DNA of 64,000 nt from Alphaproteobacteria bacterium (GCA_965220745.1 CBDCQT010000013.1:512001-576000); one strand, 5' to 3'. Shown: positions 9,355 to 18,757, counted from the first letter of the stretch. Notes: a model not told the origin generated them from the sequence alone. Numbers and translations: made by a program.

Positions 9355-9409
9355 TCGAGTGAGCCCTCGTCCGAGGCCCCACCAGGGCTTTGGACGGGGC
9401 CGCACTCGA
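9355..9409 (+). other. Long 3' hairpin after the GIY-YIG gene
   Basis: TCGAGTG...GGCCC-CACCA-GGGCT...CACTCGA, about 25-bp imperfect stem with three G-U pairs on the + strand. Confidence 0.6.
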
Positions 9410-9509
9410 ACTCGTGCCGCAGAGGCTTGCGACGAAAGACATCTTTGCCTCTACCCGACCATCTCCGCTCTCAGGGTGGAAAAGCGCGGGGAGGGGTGAA
9501 AACTCCGCT

Positions 9510-10424
9510 CTATTCGTCCCGCGTCGGGTTGGTCGTTTTTGAGCCCGGTGCCGATGGCCCGCGCCCGGCAAGCTTCGCCTGCTCCCACAGGCGGTCCAGC
9601 TCGGCGAGGCCGACGTCGGCGGCGCTCTGGCCCGAGTCCGCCAGGGCCGCCTCGACATGGTGGAAGCGCGCGGTGAACTTGGCGTTGGCGGCGCGCAGCG
9701 CGGCCTCGGGCTCCACGCCTAGGTGCCGGCCGAGATTGACGCACGCAAACAGCAGGTCGCCGATCTCCTCGGCAACCGCCGCCCGATCACCCGCCGGGTC
9801 GCCCGGCGCCTGCACCGCCGTGGCCTCACGCAGCTCCGCCACCTCTTCCAGCACCTTGGCGAACACCGGCTCGGGCCCCGGCCAGTCGAAGCCCACACGC
9901 GCCGCGCGTTTTTGGAGCTTCTCGGCGCGCAGCAGGGCAGGGAGGGCCAGCGCGACGCCATCCAGCACGCTGGGCCGGCGTCCTTCGGCCTCGGCCTTGG
10001 CCTCGCGCTCGGCCGCCTTCTGGGCCTCCCAGGAGCCCATCTGCGCCGGTGCCGAGTGCCGTGCCTCGGTCTCGTCATCGCCGAAGACGTTGGGATGGCG
10101 GCGGATCATCTTCTCCGCGATGCCGCGCGCGACCTCGTCGAAGTCGAAGCTGCCGTCCTCCCGCGCCATCTGGGCGTGGAAGACCACCTGCAGCAGCAGA
10201 TCGCCCAGCTCGTCGCGGAGCGCCGCGCGGTCGTCCTGCCGGATCGCCTCGGCGACCTCGTAGGCTTCCTCGATGGTGTAGGGCGCGATGGTCGCGAAGC
10301 TCTGCTCGAGGTCCCACGGGCAGCCGCCGTCCGGATTGCGCAGCCGCGCCATCACGTCGAGCAGCCGATCGATGCCGGCAGAGGTAGCAGTATCCTCGCG
10401 GTCCGGCGGCGGCGCGTCGCTCAT
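9510..10424 (-). CDS. mazG: Nucleoside triphosphate pyrophosphohydrolase MazG
   Basis: GCPWDLEQS, IEEAYEVAEAI, DELGDLLLQVVFH, EEIGDLLF. Confidence 0.95.
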   Translation of the reverse strand: MSDAPPPDREDTATSAGIDRLLDVMARLRNPDGGCPWDLEQSFATIAPYTIEEAYEVAEAIRQDDRAALRDELGDLLLQVVFHAQMAREDGSFDFDEVARGIAEKMIRRHPNVFGDDETEARHSAPAQMGSWEAQKAAEREAKAEAEGRRPSVLDGVALALPALLRAEKLQKRAARVGFDWPGPEPVFAKVLEEVAELREATAVQAPGDPAGDRAAVAEEIGDLLFACVNLGRHLGVEPEAALRAANAKFTARFHHVEAALADSGQSAADVGLAELDRLWEQAKLAGRGPSAPGSKTTNPTRDE

Positions 10425-10537
10425 CGATTCGGGTCCATGTCGGCCGCAGGCGGAATGACGGAGCAGCGCCCGGGTCGGGGCAGGCCCGCGCACGCCGCCC
10501 GAATAGCCGCCCGGTCCGCCCGGCCACTCTGAGGCCT

Positions 10538-10565
10538 AATTCGCATAAGATATATTATGGTAAAT
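10538..10565 (+). other. dif: Chromosomal dif site (XerC/XerD)
   Basis: AATTCGCATAA-GATATA-TTATGGTAAAT vs E. coli GGTGCGCATAA-TGTATA-TTATGTTAAAT; intergenic; KOPS-like polarity switches here. Confidence 0.88.
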
Positions 10566-10614
10566 AATGGACGGTTTCGATAGTTCAAGGCGCCACAATG
10601 GCTTAGAACGCCCA

Positions 10615-11385
10615 TCACAGCGCATCCGTCTCGATTACGAGCCCGTCGTGGCCCGGCACGACGCCGGCCGGCAGCGCCGCCCGCAGCGTCTCGTAGTCGA
10701 ACTGATGGGACATGTGCGTCAGCACCGCAAGCCGCGGCCTCACCCGCGCGATCCATTCCAGCGTAAGGTCGAGGTGCGCGTGCGTGGGATGCTCCCGGTA
10801 TCCCAGGCAATCGACGATCCAGAGCTTGACGCCCTTCAGCGCCGCGAAGGCCTCCTCCGGGAACGCCTTCACGTCGGTGGAATACGCCATGGCGCCGATC
10901 CGGTAGCCGGTGGTGATGCTGCGCCCGTGCTCCTGCGGGAACGGCATCACCGCGATGCCGGCCGCCTCGAACGGCCCTTCGACCGTCACCGGATTGAGGC
11001 TCGGCTTCGCCCAACCCCTTGTGCCCATGGGCTCGAACGCGTAGGCAAAGCGCCCCTGGATCGCCGCCAGCGTCGCGGCCGAGCCATAGGTGTCGAGCGA
11101 CCGCCCGGTATGAAAGTTGATCGAGCGCAGGTCGTCGATGCCATGCACATGATCGGCGTGGCCGTGGGTGTAGAGCACCGCATCCAGGTGCGTGACCTCG
11201 GCATCGACCAGCTGCGCGTGCAGGTCCGGCGGCGTGTCGATCAGGAGCCGCGCGTCGCCCGATTCGACCAGCACCGAGACCCGGCGCCGGCGGTTGCGCG
11301 GGTCGCTCGAGCGGCACACCGCGCAGTCGCAGCCGATCATCGGGACCCCGCTCGACGTGCCGCAGCCGAGAATGGTGATTTTCAT
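10615..11385 (-). CDS. MBL-fold metallo-hydrolase (PhnP-like)
   Basis: LGCGTSSGVP, THGHADHVHGIDD, THMSH; next to tatD. Confidence 0.9.
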   Translation of the reverse strand: MKITILGCGTSSGVPMIGCDCAVCRSSDPRNRRRRVSVLVESGDARLLIDTPPDLHAQLVDAEVTHLDAVLYTHGHADHVHGIDDLRSINFHTGRSLDTYGSAATLAAIQGRFAYAFEPMGTRGWAKPSLNPVTVEGPFEAAGIAVMPFPQEHGRSITTGYRIGAMAYSTDVKAFPEEAFAALKGVKLWIVDCLGYREHPTHAHLDLTLEWIARVRPRLAVLTHMSHQFDYETLRAALPAGVVPGHDGLVIETDAL

Positions 11386-12188
11386 GCCGAATCAGGCGAA
11401 TGCGGCGTGGACTTGGAGAACAGCCTGAAGAAGTTCTCGGTGGTCACGCGGGCCAGTTCGGCCTCGTCCAGCCCCTTGATCTCGGCCAGCCGGGCGGCGG
11501 TGTGCACCACGTGCGCGGGCTCGTTGCGCCGGCCGCGATGGGGTACCGGCGCGAGATAGGGCGCATCGGTCTCCACCAGTAGCCGGTCCACCGACACGTC
11601 GCGGGCGACGGCGCGCACCTCCTCGGCCTTCTTGAAGGTGAGGATGCCTGAGAACGAAACGTGAAGGCCGATATCGAGCGCGGTCTCGGCCACCGCGCGG
11701 CCTGCGCTGAAGCAGTGGATGACGCCGGGGAAGGCCCCCTTCCCCGCCTCCTCCCGCAGGATTCGGCAGGTGTCCTCGTCCGCAGACCGCGTGTGCACGA
11801 TCAGCGGCAGCCCGGTCTCGCGCGCCGCCGCGATGTGCTGGCGGAAACTCGCCTCCTGCTGCGGCCGCGGGCTGTTGTCGTAGTGGAAATCCAGCCCGGT
11901 CTCACCGATGCCGATCACCTTCGGGTGCACCGCCATGCGCACCAGGTGCTCGGCGCTCACCTCCGGCTCCTCGGCCACGTGGTGCGGATGGATTCCGACC
12001 GAGCACCAGATCCGCTCGTGGTCCTCGGCCAGCCCTCGCACGGTATCGAACTGAGTCACCCGCGTGCAGATGGTCTGCACGGTGCCGACGCCCGCCTCGG
12101 CCGCACGCGCAAGCACGCCGTCGAGGTCGTCGCCGAAGTCGGGAAAGTCCAGATGGCAGTGGCTGTCGACCAGCATCCACGCGCTCAC
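11382..12188 (-). CDS. tatD: TatD-family DNase
   Basis: DSHCHLD, GIHPH, GETGLD, HCFS, ETDAPYLAP; start could be 12176. Confidence 0.93.
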   Translation of the reverse strand: MSAWMLVDSHCHLDFPDFGDDLDGVLARAAEAGVGTVQTICTRVTQFDTVRGLAEDHERIWCSVGIHPHHVAEEPEVSAEHLVRMAVHPKVIGIGETGLDFHYDNSPRPQQEASFRQHIAAARETGLPLIVHTRSADEDTCRILREEAGKGAFPGVIHCFSAGRAVAETALDIGLHVSFSGILTFKKAEEVRAVARDVSVDRLLVETDAPYLAPVPHRGRRNEPAHVVHTAARLAEIKGLDEAELARVTTENFFRLFSKSTPHSPDSA

Positions 12189-12196
12189 TTCTAACT

Positions 12197-13756
12197 TCAG
12201 GAGTCCGCGCTATCCTCCACGAATCGCGGGAAAACCGGCGCCGGCTTCGGCAGCGGCGCGCCCGCCGCAAGCCGCCCGTCCACGCCGAGCGCCGCGAGAC
12301 CGCGCGCCTCCGCCGCCACCCCCAGCTGGTCCAGCATCCGCCCGCTGGACTCCGGCATGAACGCCTGCGTCAGCACCGCGAGGTGGCGCAGGGTCTCCAT
12401 CACCACGTAGAGCACCGTCGCCATGCGCGCCGGGTCCTCCTTTCGCAGCACCCAGGGCGCCTGCTCGTCGACGTAGCGGTTGGCCTGCCCCACCACCTCC
12501 CAGATGTGGATCAGCGCCCGGTGGAACGACTGCTCGCCGATGTCCGCGCGCACCGTATCCACCAGCGCCTCCGCCGCGCCCAGCATCGCCTCGTCCGCTG
12601 CCGTGAAGGCGCCGGGCTCCGGCACCGCAGCATCGCAGTTGCGGTAGGCCATGGTCAGCACCCGCTGCGCCAGGTTGCCGTAGTCGTTGGCCAGGTCGTC
12701 GTTCATGCGCCCCACGATCGCCCGGTGCGAGAAGTCGCCGTCGCTGCCGAAGGGCAGCGCGCGCAGCAGGAAGTAGCGCACGGCATCCAGCCCGTAGCGC
12801 GCGACGATCTGGTGCGGATCGATCACGTTGCCGAGCGACTTCGACATCTTCTCGCCTTCGTTGGTCCACCAACCGTGGGCGAAGACCCGCGTCGGTGGCT
12901 CCACCCCCGCCGCCATCAGGAAGGCCGGCCAGTAGACCGTGTGGAAGCGCAGGATGTCCTTCCCCACCATGTGCAGGTCGGCGGGCCAGTAGGTGCGCCA
13001 GGTGTCGCACTCGGTGTCGGGGAAGCCGGCGGCGCTGATGTAGTTGGTGAGCGCGTCGAGCCACACGTACATGGTGTGATCCGGCGCGTCCGGCACCGGA
13101 ATGCCCCATTTTAGGCTCGCGCGGGATATCGAAAGGTCGTTCAGCCCGCCGGAGACGAAGCTGATGACCTCGTTGCGCCGGCTCTCGGGTGCCACCGCCT
13201 GCGGGTTCTTCTCGTAGAACTCCAGCAGCCGCTCCTGCCAGTCGGAGAGGCGGAAGAAATAGCTCGGCTCCTCCACCCATTCCACCGGCGAGCCGTCCGC
13301 CACCGTCACCTTGCCGCCGCCGGGGCCGTCCGTGACCTCCGCCTCGGTGCAGAAAGCCTCGTCCCGCACCGAGTACCAGCCCGCATACTTGTCGAGGTAG
13401 ATGTGGCCGTTGGCCGCGATGCGGCGCCACAGCTCTTGGCACGAGCGCGTGTGACGGTCCTCGGTGGTGCGAATGAAGTCGTCGTTGCTGTAGCCCATCA
13501 CCCCGCCAAGCGCGCGGAAGCGCTCCGAGACCTGGTCGACGAACTTTTGGGGCTCCATTCCGGCGGCGATCGCGGATTTCTGGACCTTCTGGCCGTGCTC
13601 GTCGGTGCCGGTGAGGAACATCACGTCGCGCCCGTCGAGCCGCATGAAGCGGGCCAGCACGTCGCAGGCGAGCGAGGTGTAGGCGTGCCCGATGTGGGGC
13701 GAATCGTTCACGTAGTAGATCGGTGTGCTGAGGTAGTAGGCCGCTCGGGGCGCCAT
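12197..13756 (-). CDS. metG: Methionine--tRNA ligase (short form)
   Basis: PHIGHAY, GTDEHGQK, YVWLDAL, KMSKS. Confidence 0.97.
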   Translation of the reverse strand: MAPRAAYYLSTPIYYVNDSPHIGHAYTSLACDVLARFMRLDGRDVMFLTGTDEHGQKVQKSAIAAGMEPQKFVDQVSERFRALGGVMGYSNDDFIRTTEDRHTRSCQELWRRIAANGHIYLDKYAGWYSVRDEAFCTEAEVTDGPGGGKVTVADGSPVEWVEEPSYFFRLSDWQERLLEFYEKNPQAVAPESRRNEVISFVSGGLNDLSISRASLKWGIPVPDAPDHTMYVWLDALTNYISAAGFPDTECDTWRTYWPADLHMVGKDILRFHTVYWPAFLMAAGVEPPTRVFAHGWWTNEGEKMSKSLGNVIDPHQIVARYGLDAVRYFLLRALPFGSDGDFSHRAIVGRMNDDLANDYGNLAQRVLTMAYRNCDAAVPEPGAFTAADEAMLGAAEALVDTVRADIGEQSFHRALIHIWEVVGQANRYVDEQAPWVLRKEDPARMATVLYVVMETLRHLAVLTQAFMPESSGRMLDQLGVAAEARGLAALGVDGRLAAGAPLPKPAPVFPRFVEDSADS

Positions 13757-13775
13757 CGGCTTCCGGTCCTGCGGT

Positions 13776-14855
13776 TCAGGCCCGCGCGGCCTCCTGCAGC
13801 GATGTGAACGCGCCGATCAGGACCTGCCGGGGGTCAAGGTTGAGCCCGTCCGCCTCCGCAAACGAGCGGCCGAGGTTTTCCCACACGCCGACCCAGCGAT
13901 CAAGCGCGGCTCCCTGCATGAGCGCCGCGCTCGCCCTCTCGCCCGGCACGACCTCCTCCATGGACTCGAGCTCGCCGCGTGCCGCCGCCCGGATAGATCG
14001 GCCCAGCCACCAGAGGATCAGCTCGCTGAGCGTGCGCATCCGGTCGACCCCGTCCCGCCCGCCGAGCCCGTCGGCAAGCTGGTGTAGCGGGCGCACGTCG
14101 AGCGCGGGCAGCGCCCCGACGAGGCCGATGAGCCGCCGGTAGAGTGCGACTCCGCCCTGCTCCGCCAGCGCCGCCGCGCGGCCGGGGCTGCCTTCGGCGA
14201 GCAGCCCCAACACGCGGCGTTCTGCCGCCGGCAAGCCGGGCATCGCGTCTGCCAGCAGCCCGTCCAGCGCCGGCGCAGGCAGCGGCGAAAGCGTGAGCGG
14301 GCGGCAGCGCGAGCGCAGCGTCGCCGGCATCCGGCTCGGCGCGTGGCTGACCAGGAGGAACAGCACACGGCTGGGCGGCTCCTCCAGGCGCTTGAGCAGG
14401 GCGTTCGCGGCGTTCCGATTCATCTCCTCCGCCGCATCGACGATCACCACCCGCCAGCCGCCCTCGCCGGCCGTGAGCGAGAGGAAGGCGTTGGCCTTGC
14501 GCACGTCGTCCACCACGATCTCGGCGCGGAGCCGCCTGCGATCGCCGAGGCCCCGCTCGATCACGGCGAGGTCGCTGTGTCCGCCCGCCGCGGTGCGCTG
14601 GAAGACCGGGTGCTCCGGCGCCATCGCCAGGCCGTCGGCACCGCCGCCCTCGCCGCCTGCGAGTACGAAGCGCGCGAAGCGGTAGGCCAGCGTCGCCTTG
14701 CCGATGCCGCGCGGGCCCGCGATCAGCCAGGCATGCGCGAGCCGTCCGCTGCCCCACGCCTCCCGCAGCGCCCCGGCGGCGGCCTCGTGCCCCACCAGGT
14801 GCGGGTTCTCGCGCGGGACCGGCCAGTCGAAGGCCGAATCGGCGCCCTCAGCCAT
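13776..14855 (-). CDS. holB: DNA polymerase III delta' subunit
   Basis: HAWLIAGPRGIGKAT, AANALLKRLEEPP, TLRSRC; between tmk and metG. Confidence 0.9.
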   Translation of the reverse strand: MAEGADSAFDWPVPRENPHLVGHEAAAGALREAWGSGRLAHAWLIAGPRGIGKATLAYRFARFVLAGGEGGGADGLAMAPEHPVFQRTAAGGHSDLAVIERGLGDRRRLRAEIVVDDVRKANAFLSLTAGEGGWRVVIVDAAEEMNRNAANALLKRLEEPPSRVLFLLVSHAPSRMPATLRSRCRPLTLSPLPAPALDGLLADAMPGLPAAERRVLGLLAEGSPGRAAALAEQGGVALYRRLIGLVGALPALDVRPLHQLADGLGGRDGVDRMRTLSELILWWLGRSIRAAARGELESMEEVVPGERASAALMQGAALDRWVGVWENLGRSFAEADGLNLDPRQVLIGAFTSLQEAARA

Positions 14856-15486
14856 TGAACGAGACCGGAAGGCGCGCCGCCACGATCTTCTGGATCGCTC
14901 GACCGACCGTGTCCGGGTCCGCCGTGGCATCCACAACCGCGTAACGCCTCTCGTCTGCTTCTGCGCGGGCGAGGAAGCCCCGCCGCACCGTCTCGTGAAA
15001 GTCGGTGCCCATGCGCTCGTAGCGGTTCGATCCCGCGCGCGCGGCGGCCCGCCTCAGCCCTTCCGACACCGGGATGTCCAGCACCACCGTCAAATCCGGC
15101 GCGAAACCTCCGAGAGAGAGGTCGCTGAGGCGCTCCAGCACGCTGAGGTCGGCGCCCTGGCCGTAGCCTTGGTAGACGATCATCGAATCCACAAAGCGGT
15201 CGGAGATGACCCAGAGTCCGCGCTCCAGCGCCGGCTCGATGGTGTGCAGCAGGTGGTCGCGCCGCGCGGCCGCGTGCAGCATGGCCTCGGCCAGCGGCTC
15301 CCAGCGCTCCACGGGGCCGGAGACGAGGAGCCTTCGGATCTCTTCTGCACCGGGAGAGCCGCCGGGCTCACGAGTCAGGACTGTCCCGACGCCTCGTGCT
15401 TCGAGCGCATCGCGAAGCCGGGCGGCTTGAACGGTCTTTCCGGCGCCCTCGCCGCCTTCAAGCGTAATGAAGCGTCCGCGCGTCAT
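14848..15486 (-). CDS. tmk: Thymidylate kinase
   Basis: FITLEGGEGAGKT, TREPGG, SDRFVDS. Confidence 0.96.
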   Translation of the reverse strand: MTRGRFITLEGGEGAGKTVQAARLRDALEARGVGTVLTREPGGSPGAEEIRRLLVSGPVERWEPLAEAMLHAAARRDHLLHTIEPALERGLWVISDRFVDSMIVYQGYGQGADLSVLERLSDLSLGGFAPDLTVVLDIPVSEGLRRAAARAGSNRYERMGTDFHETVRRGFLARAEADERRYAVVDATADPDTVGRAIQKIVAARLPVSFNG

Positions 15487-15511
15487 GCCGCGGAACGACG
15501 GGCCCCCGGCC

Positions 15512-16693
15512 CTATCCGCCCTTGCCCCAGATCAGCGCGTCGATCGCAGCCCCGATCCGGCCGAAACCGGAAAGGCTGTCCACCGAGGCACCGGCCAATA
15601 GCGGCCACTCGCGCGTCTCCACGTTCGGCGCGCTCACCACCAGCGTGGCCACCCGCGCGCCCTTCTTAACAGGCGCTGCGATCGGACCCTCGGCCACGAT
15701 CTTTACTTCCATGCTCTTGCGGGACTTGCGCGGCATCATCAGCACGACGTCGCTCTCGGTTACCAGGGGCAACTCGTCGGCCTCGCCAAGCCAGACGTCG
15801 AAGTTGTCAACCACCTGGCCCGCGCGGAACAGCACGTAGGTCTTGAACGCCCGAAAGCCGTAGCTGAGCAAGCGTTCCGATTCACGTGCACGGGAATCGA
15901 CGCCGTTGATGCCGTTCACGACCAGCACCAGACGCTGCTCGCCGCGTTTCGCCGATGCCGCGAGGCCGTGGCCCGATGCTTGCGTATATCCAGTCTTGAG
16001 GCCGTCAGCCCCGTCGTAGCGGTAGAGCAGCGGGTTGCGGTTGCCCTGCTTGATGCCGTTGTAGGTGAAGCTCTTCTCGGCGAACATCGGGTAGTACTCG
16101 GGAAAGTCCACGATGATGCGCCGTGACATCTCGGCGACATCCCGCGCCGTCGTGATGTGCTCGGGATCCGGCCATCCGGTCGAGTTGGTGAAGTGGCTGT
16201 CGGCGAGGCCAAGCTCGTCGGCCTTCTCGTTCATCAGGTCGGCGAAGGCGGCCTCCGACCCCGCCAGCCCCTCAGCCAGCACGATGCTCGCATCGTTGCC
16301 CGATTGCACGATGACCCCGCGCAGCAACTCGCTGACCGTTACCTTCTTGTTAACCTCAAGAAACATGCGTGAGCCCTTCATACGCCACGCTTTCTTGCTC
16401 ACGGTGAAGGTGTCTTCCAGGTCGAGCTGGCCGTCCGCCAGATGCTCGAAGACGACGTAAAGCGTCATGATCTTGCTCATGGAGGCCGGGTACATGGGCT
16501 CGTCCGCGTTCTTTTCGGCGAGCACCATGCCGGTCCCTGCATCCATCAGGATGAACTGCTTCGCCTCGGTGTCGACAGCCGCGGCAGGGCGGGGCTGGAA
16601 CGCGGCGATGAAGGCACCGCTCAGGCAGAGACTGAGCGCACAGTAGAGAACGGCAAGCCCGGCACGCCGGCGCACGGGATTTCGATCGACCAT
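15512..16693 (-). CDS. dacA: D-Ala-D-Ala carboxypeptidase
   Basis: PASMSK (SxxK), SGN, KTG; GGAGGAG RBS upstream of 16693. Confidence 0.92.
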   Translation of the reverse strand: MVDRNPVRRRAGLAVLYCALSLCLSGAFIAAFQPRPAAAVDTEAKQFILMDAGTGMVLAEKNADEPMYPASMSKIMTLYVVFEHLADGQLDLEDTFTVSKKAWRMKGSRMFLEVNKKVTVSELLRGVIVQSGNDASIVLAEGLAGSEAAFADLMNEKADELGLADSHFTNSTGWPDPEHITTARDVAEMSRRIIVDFPEYYPMFAEKSFTYNGIKQGNRNPLLYRYDGADGLKTGYTQASGHGLAASAKRGEQRLVLVVNGINGVDSRARESERLLSYGFRAFKTYVLFRAGQVVDNFDVWLGEADELPLVTESDVVLMMPRKSRKSMEVKIVAEGPIAAPVKKGARVATLVVSAPNVETREWPLLAGASVDSLSGFGRIGAAIDALIWGKGG

Positions 16694-16776
16694 CTGGTTC
16701 CGGCTCCTCCGCATCGCATCAGGGCGGATCGCAAGGTGTACACCTTCGCCGGGGGTCGGGCCAAGCGCCACTCTCG

Positions 16777-17727
16777 TCAGCGGTACCCCGCAGCGATGAT
16801 GTGAGAGCCGGTGAAGCCGGCGCGGGTGAGCTCGGCCAGGATGAACGCCGCCTCGTCGTCCGTATCCACCGGGCCGATGCGCACCGCGTAGACCACGCGG
16901 CCGTTGCGCCGTTCCGGCTCGACCGCGACGGTGCCGAGCGTCCGCACCTGTTCGCCCAGAAGGTCAGCCTCATCGCGCCCGTTGAGGACCGCCGCTTCGA
17001 CCAGGAGCCTCCGTGACGCGATGCTGGCAGTCTCCCTCTTCGGCGTCTGGGGCGGGCTCGCGTTCGCCCTCGCGCGTACCGGCTTGTCCGGCGGCAGCAC
17101 CACCGTTCCGTATGACGGCTTCGTCCAGCGAGGCTTGAGCGGGACATCGGGCGAGACGGCGGCAACGACGACCGGCTGGTCGGCCGGTTGCGGCGCAGCC
17201 GGCGGCTCAAGGCGGTCCAGGCCGAGGTACTGGACGCGCACCTTGGTCAAACCTTGGCGCTTGAAGCCGAGAAGCTGCGCGGCGCGGCGGGAGAGGTCGA
17301 TGATCCGGCCGTTGACGAACGGGCCCCGGTCGTTCACCCGCAATTCCAGTTGCCGCCCGTTTTCGAGGTTGGTCACGCGCACACGGCTGGGCAGCGGCAG
17401 CGTCGGGTGCGCGGCGGTCACCCCGTTCATGTCGAAGCGTTCGCCGTTCGCCGTGGGCCGGCCGTGGAACGCGGGCCCGTACCACGAGGCGACACCCGTC
17501 CTGTCATAGTTGGGATCGTAGCTCGGGTAATGCCAGACATGGTTGACCTGGTAGGGCGAGCCGAGCTTGTAGTGCGGCTTCGCAACGCGAACCGGCGGCT
17601 TCTCCTCCTCCTTCGTCTCCAGGTTGAACTTCTTGACGACATGAAGGGCGAGCTTGACCTCGCTGCAGCCCGCGATTGCGAGCAGGCAGAGCGCCAGCGA
17701 GGCGAAGAGAAGCGGCTTTCTGGTCAT
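16777..17727 (-). CDS. rlpA: Septal ring lytic transglycosylase RlpA lipoprotein
   Basis: Lipobox IAGC, GVASWYG, TAAHPTLP, VNDRGP, C-terminal SPOR-like domain. Confidence 0.9.
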   Translation of the reverse strand: MTRKPLLFASLALCLLAIAGCSEVKLALHVVKKFNLETKEEEKPPVRVAKPHYKLGSPYQVNHVWHYPSYDPNYDRTGVASWYGPAFHGRPTANGERFDMNGVTAAHPTLPLPSRVRVTNLENGRQLELRVNDRGPFVNGRIIDLSRRAAQLLGFKRQGLTKVRVQYLGLDRLEPPAAPQPADQPVVVAAVSPDVPLKPRWTKPSYGTVVLPPDKPVRARANASPPQTPKRETASIASRRLLVEAAVLNGRDEADLLGEQVRTLGTVAVEPERRNGRVVYAVRIGPVDTDDEAAFILAELTRAGFTGSHIIAAGYR

Positions 17728-17746
17728 CGGCCGGACCCGCCGGCCG

Positions 17747-18757
17747 CTACCGCCTCCCGATCCTGTCGGCCAGGAGGCCGACGGACGTCGCAAAGTAGAA
17801 CGAGCGGTTCCACCGCATGATCGTCCGGTAGTTGTCGTAGACGAGGTAGGCCGGCCCCCCTTCCCCACCGGGCAGCACCACCGAGCCGCTCATCGCGGCT
17901 TGCGGCAGATCGCTACCATCGGCGCGGCGAAGACCCAGGGCCTGCCATTCGGCGAGGGTCCTCTTCACCTTCAGGTCGGCGAGCCCCTGATCGAAACTGG
18001 CCGGCAACTGCACCTGTCGCCCCCAGGTCTCGCCGTTACGCCACCCGGCCTGGACCAGGTAATTCGCCGCCGAGGCAAAGACGTCTTCCTGGGTGCCCCA
18101 GATATCGCGCTTGCCGTCGCCGTCGTGGTCCACGGCGTAGCGCACGAAGCTCGACGGCATGAACTGGCTCTGCCCCATGGCGCCGGCCCAGCTGCCGACC
18201 ATGGCGTCCGGCGTGATGTGGCCGTCCTCCAGGATGCGGAGCGCGTGCAACAGCTCCCCGCGGAAATAGGCGCTGCGCCGGCCGTCATGGGCGAGGGTCG
18301 CGAGGGCGCCGATCACCGGGAATCCGCCTAGAAACCTGCCGAAGCTGGTCTCGATGCCCCAGAGCGCGACGATAAAGCGCGGCGGCACCCCGTACTCGCG
18401 CCCGATCGGCTCGAGCAGGTCCCGGTGCTTGGCGAGCAGCTCCCGGCCCTGCGCGACGCGTGACTCGGGTACCACGCGTTCCAGATACTCGGCGAAGGTG
18501 AGAGTGACTTCCGGCTGGGAGCGGTCCAGCTCGATGACCCGCGGAATCGGCTCGATTCCTTCGAACGCCGCATCGAATGTGGCGGCGCTGATGCCCTGGC
18601 TCAGAGCCTCGCTGCGCACCCCCTCGCGCCATTCGGCGAAGTTCTCGGCACCCTCTTCCTGTGCCATTGCGCCACCCGCCAGCAGCACGCCGATCAGCGC
18701 CGCACTGGCCACCATACGCGCGGATCTCAACCCGATTCGCGACTCGCGCCGTTTCAT
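17747..18757 (-). CDS. mltB: Lytic murein transglycosylase (MltB family)
   Basis: WGIETSFG, GSWAGAMGQSQFMPSS, DHDGDGKRDIW; start could be 18715. Confidence 0.9.
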   Translation of the reverse strand: MKRRESRIGLRSARMVASAALIGVLLAGGAMAQEEGAENFAEWREGVRSEALSQGISAATFDAAFEGIEPIPRVIELDRSQPEVTLTFAEYLERVVPESRVAQGRELLAKHRDLLEPIGREYGVPPRFIVALWGIETSFGRFLGGFPVIGALATLAHDGRRSAYFRGELLHALRILEDGHITPDAMVGSWAGAMGQSQFMPSSFVRYAVDHDGDGKRDIWGTQEDVFASAANYLVQAGWRNGETWGRQVQLPASFDQGLADLKVKRTLAEWQALGLRRADGSDLPQAAMSGSVVLPGGEGGPAYLVYDNYRTIMRWNRSFYFATSVGLLADRIGRR

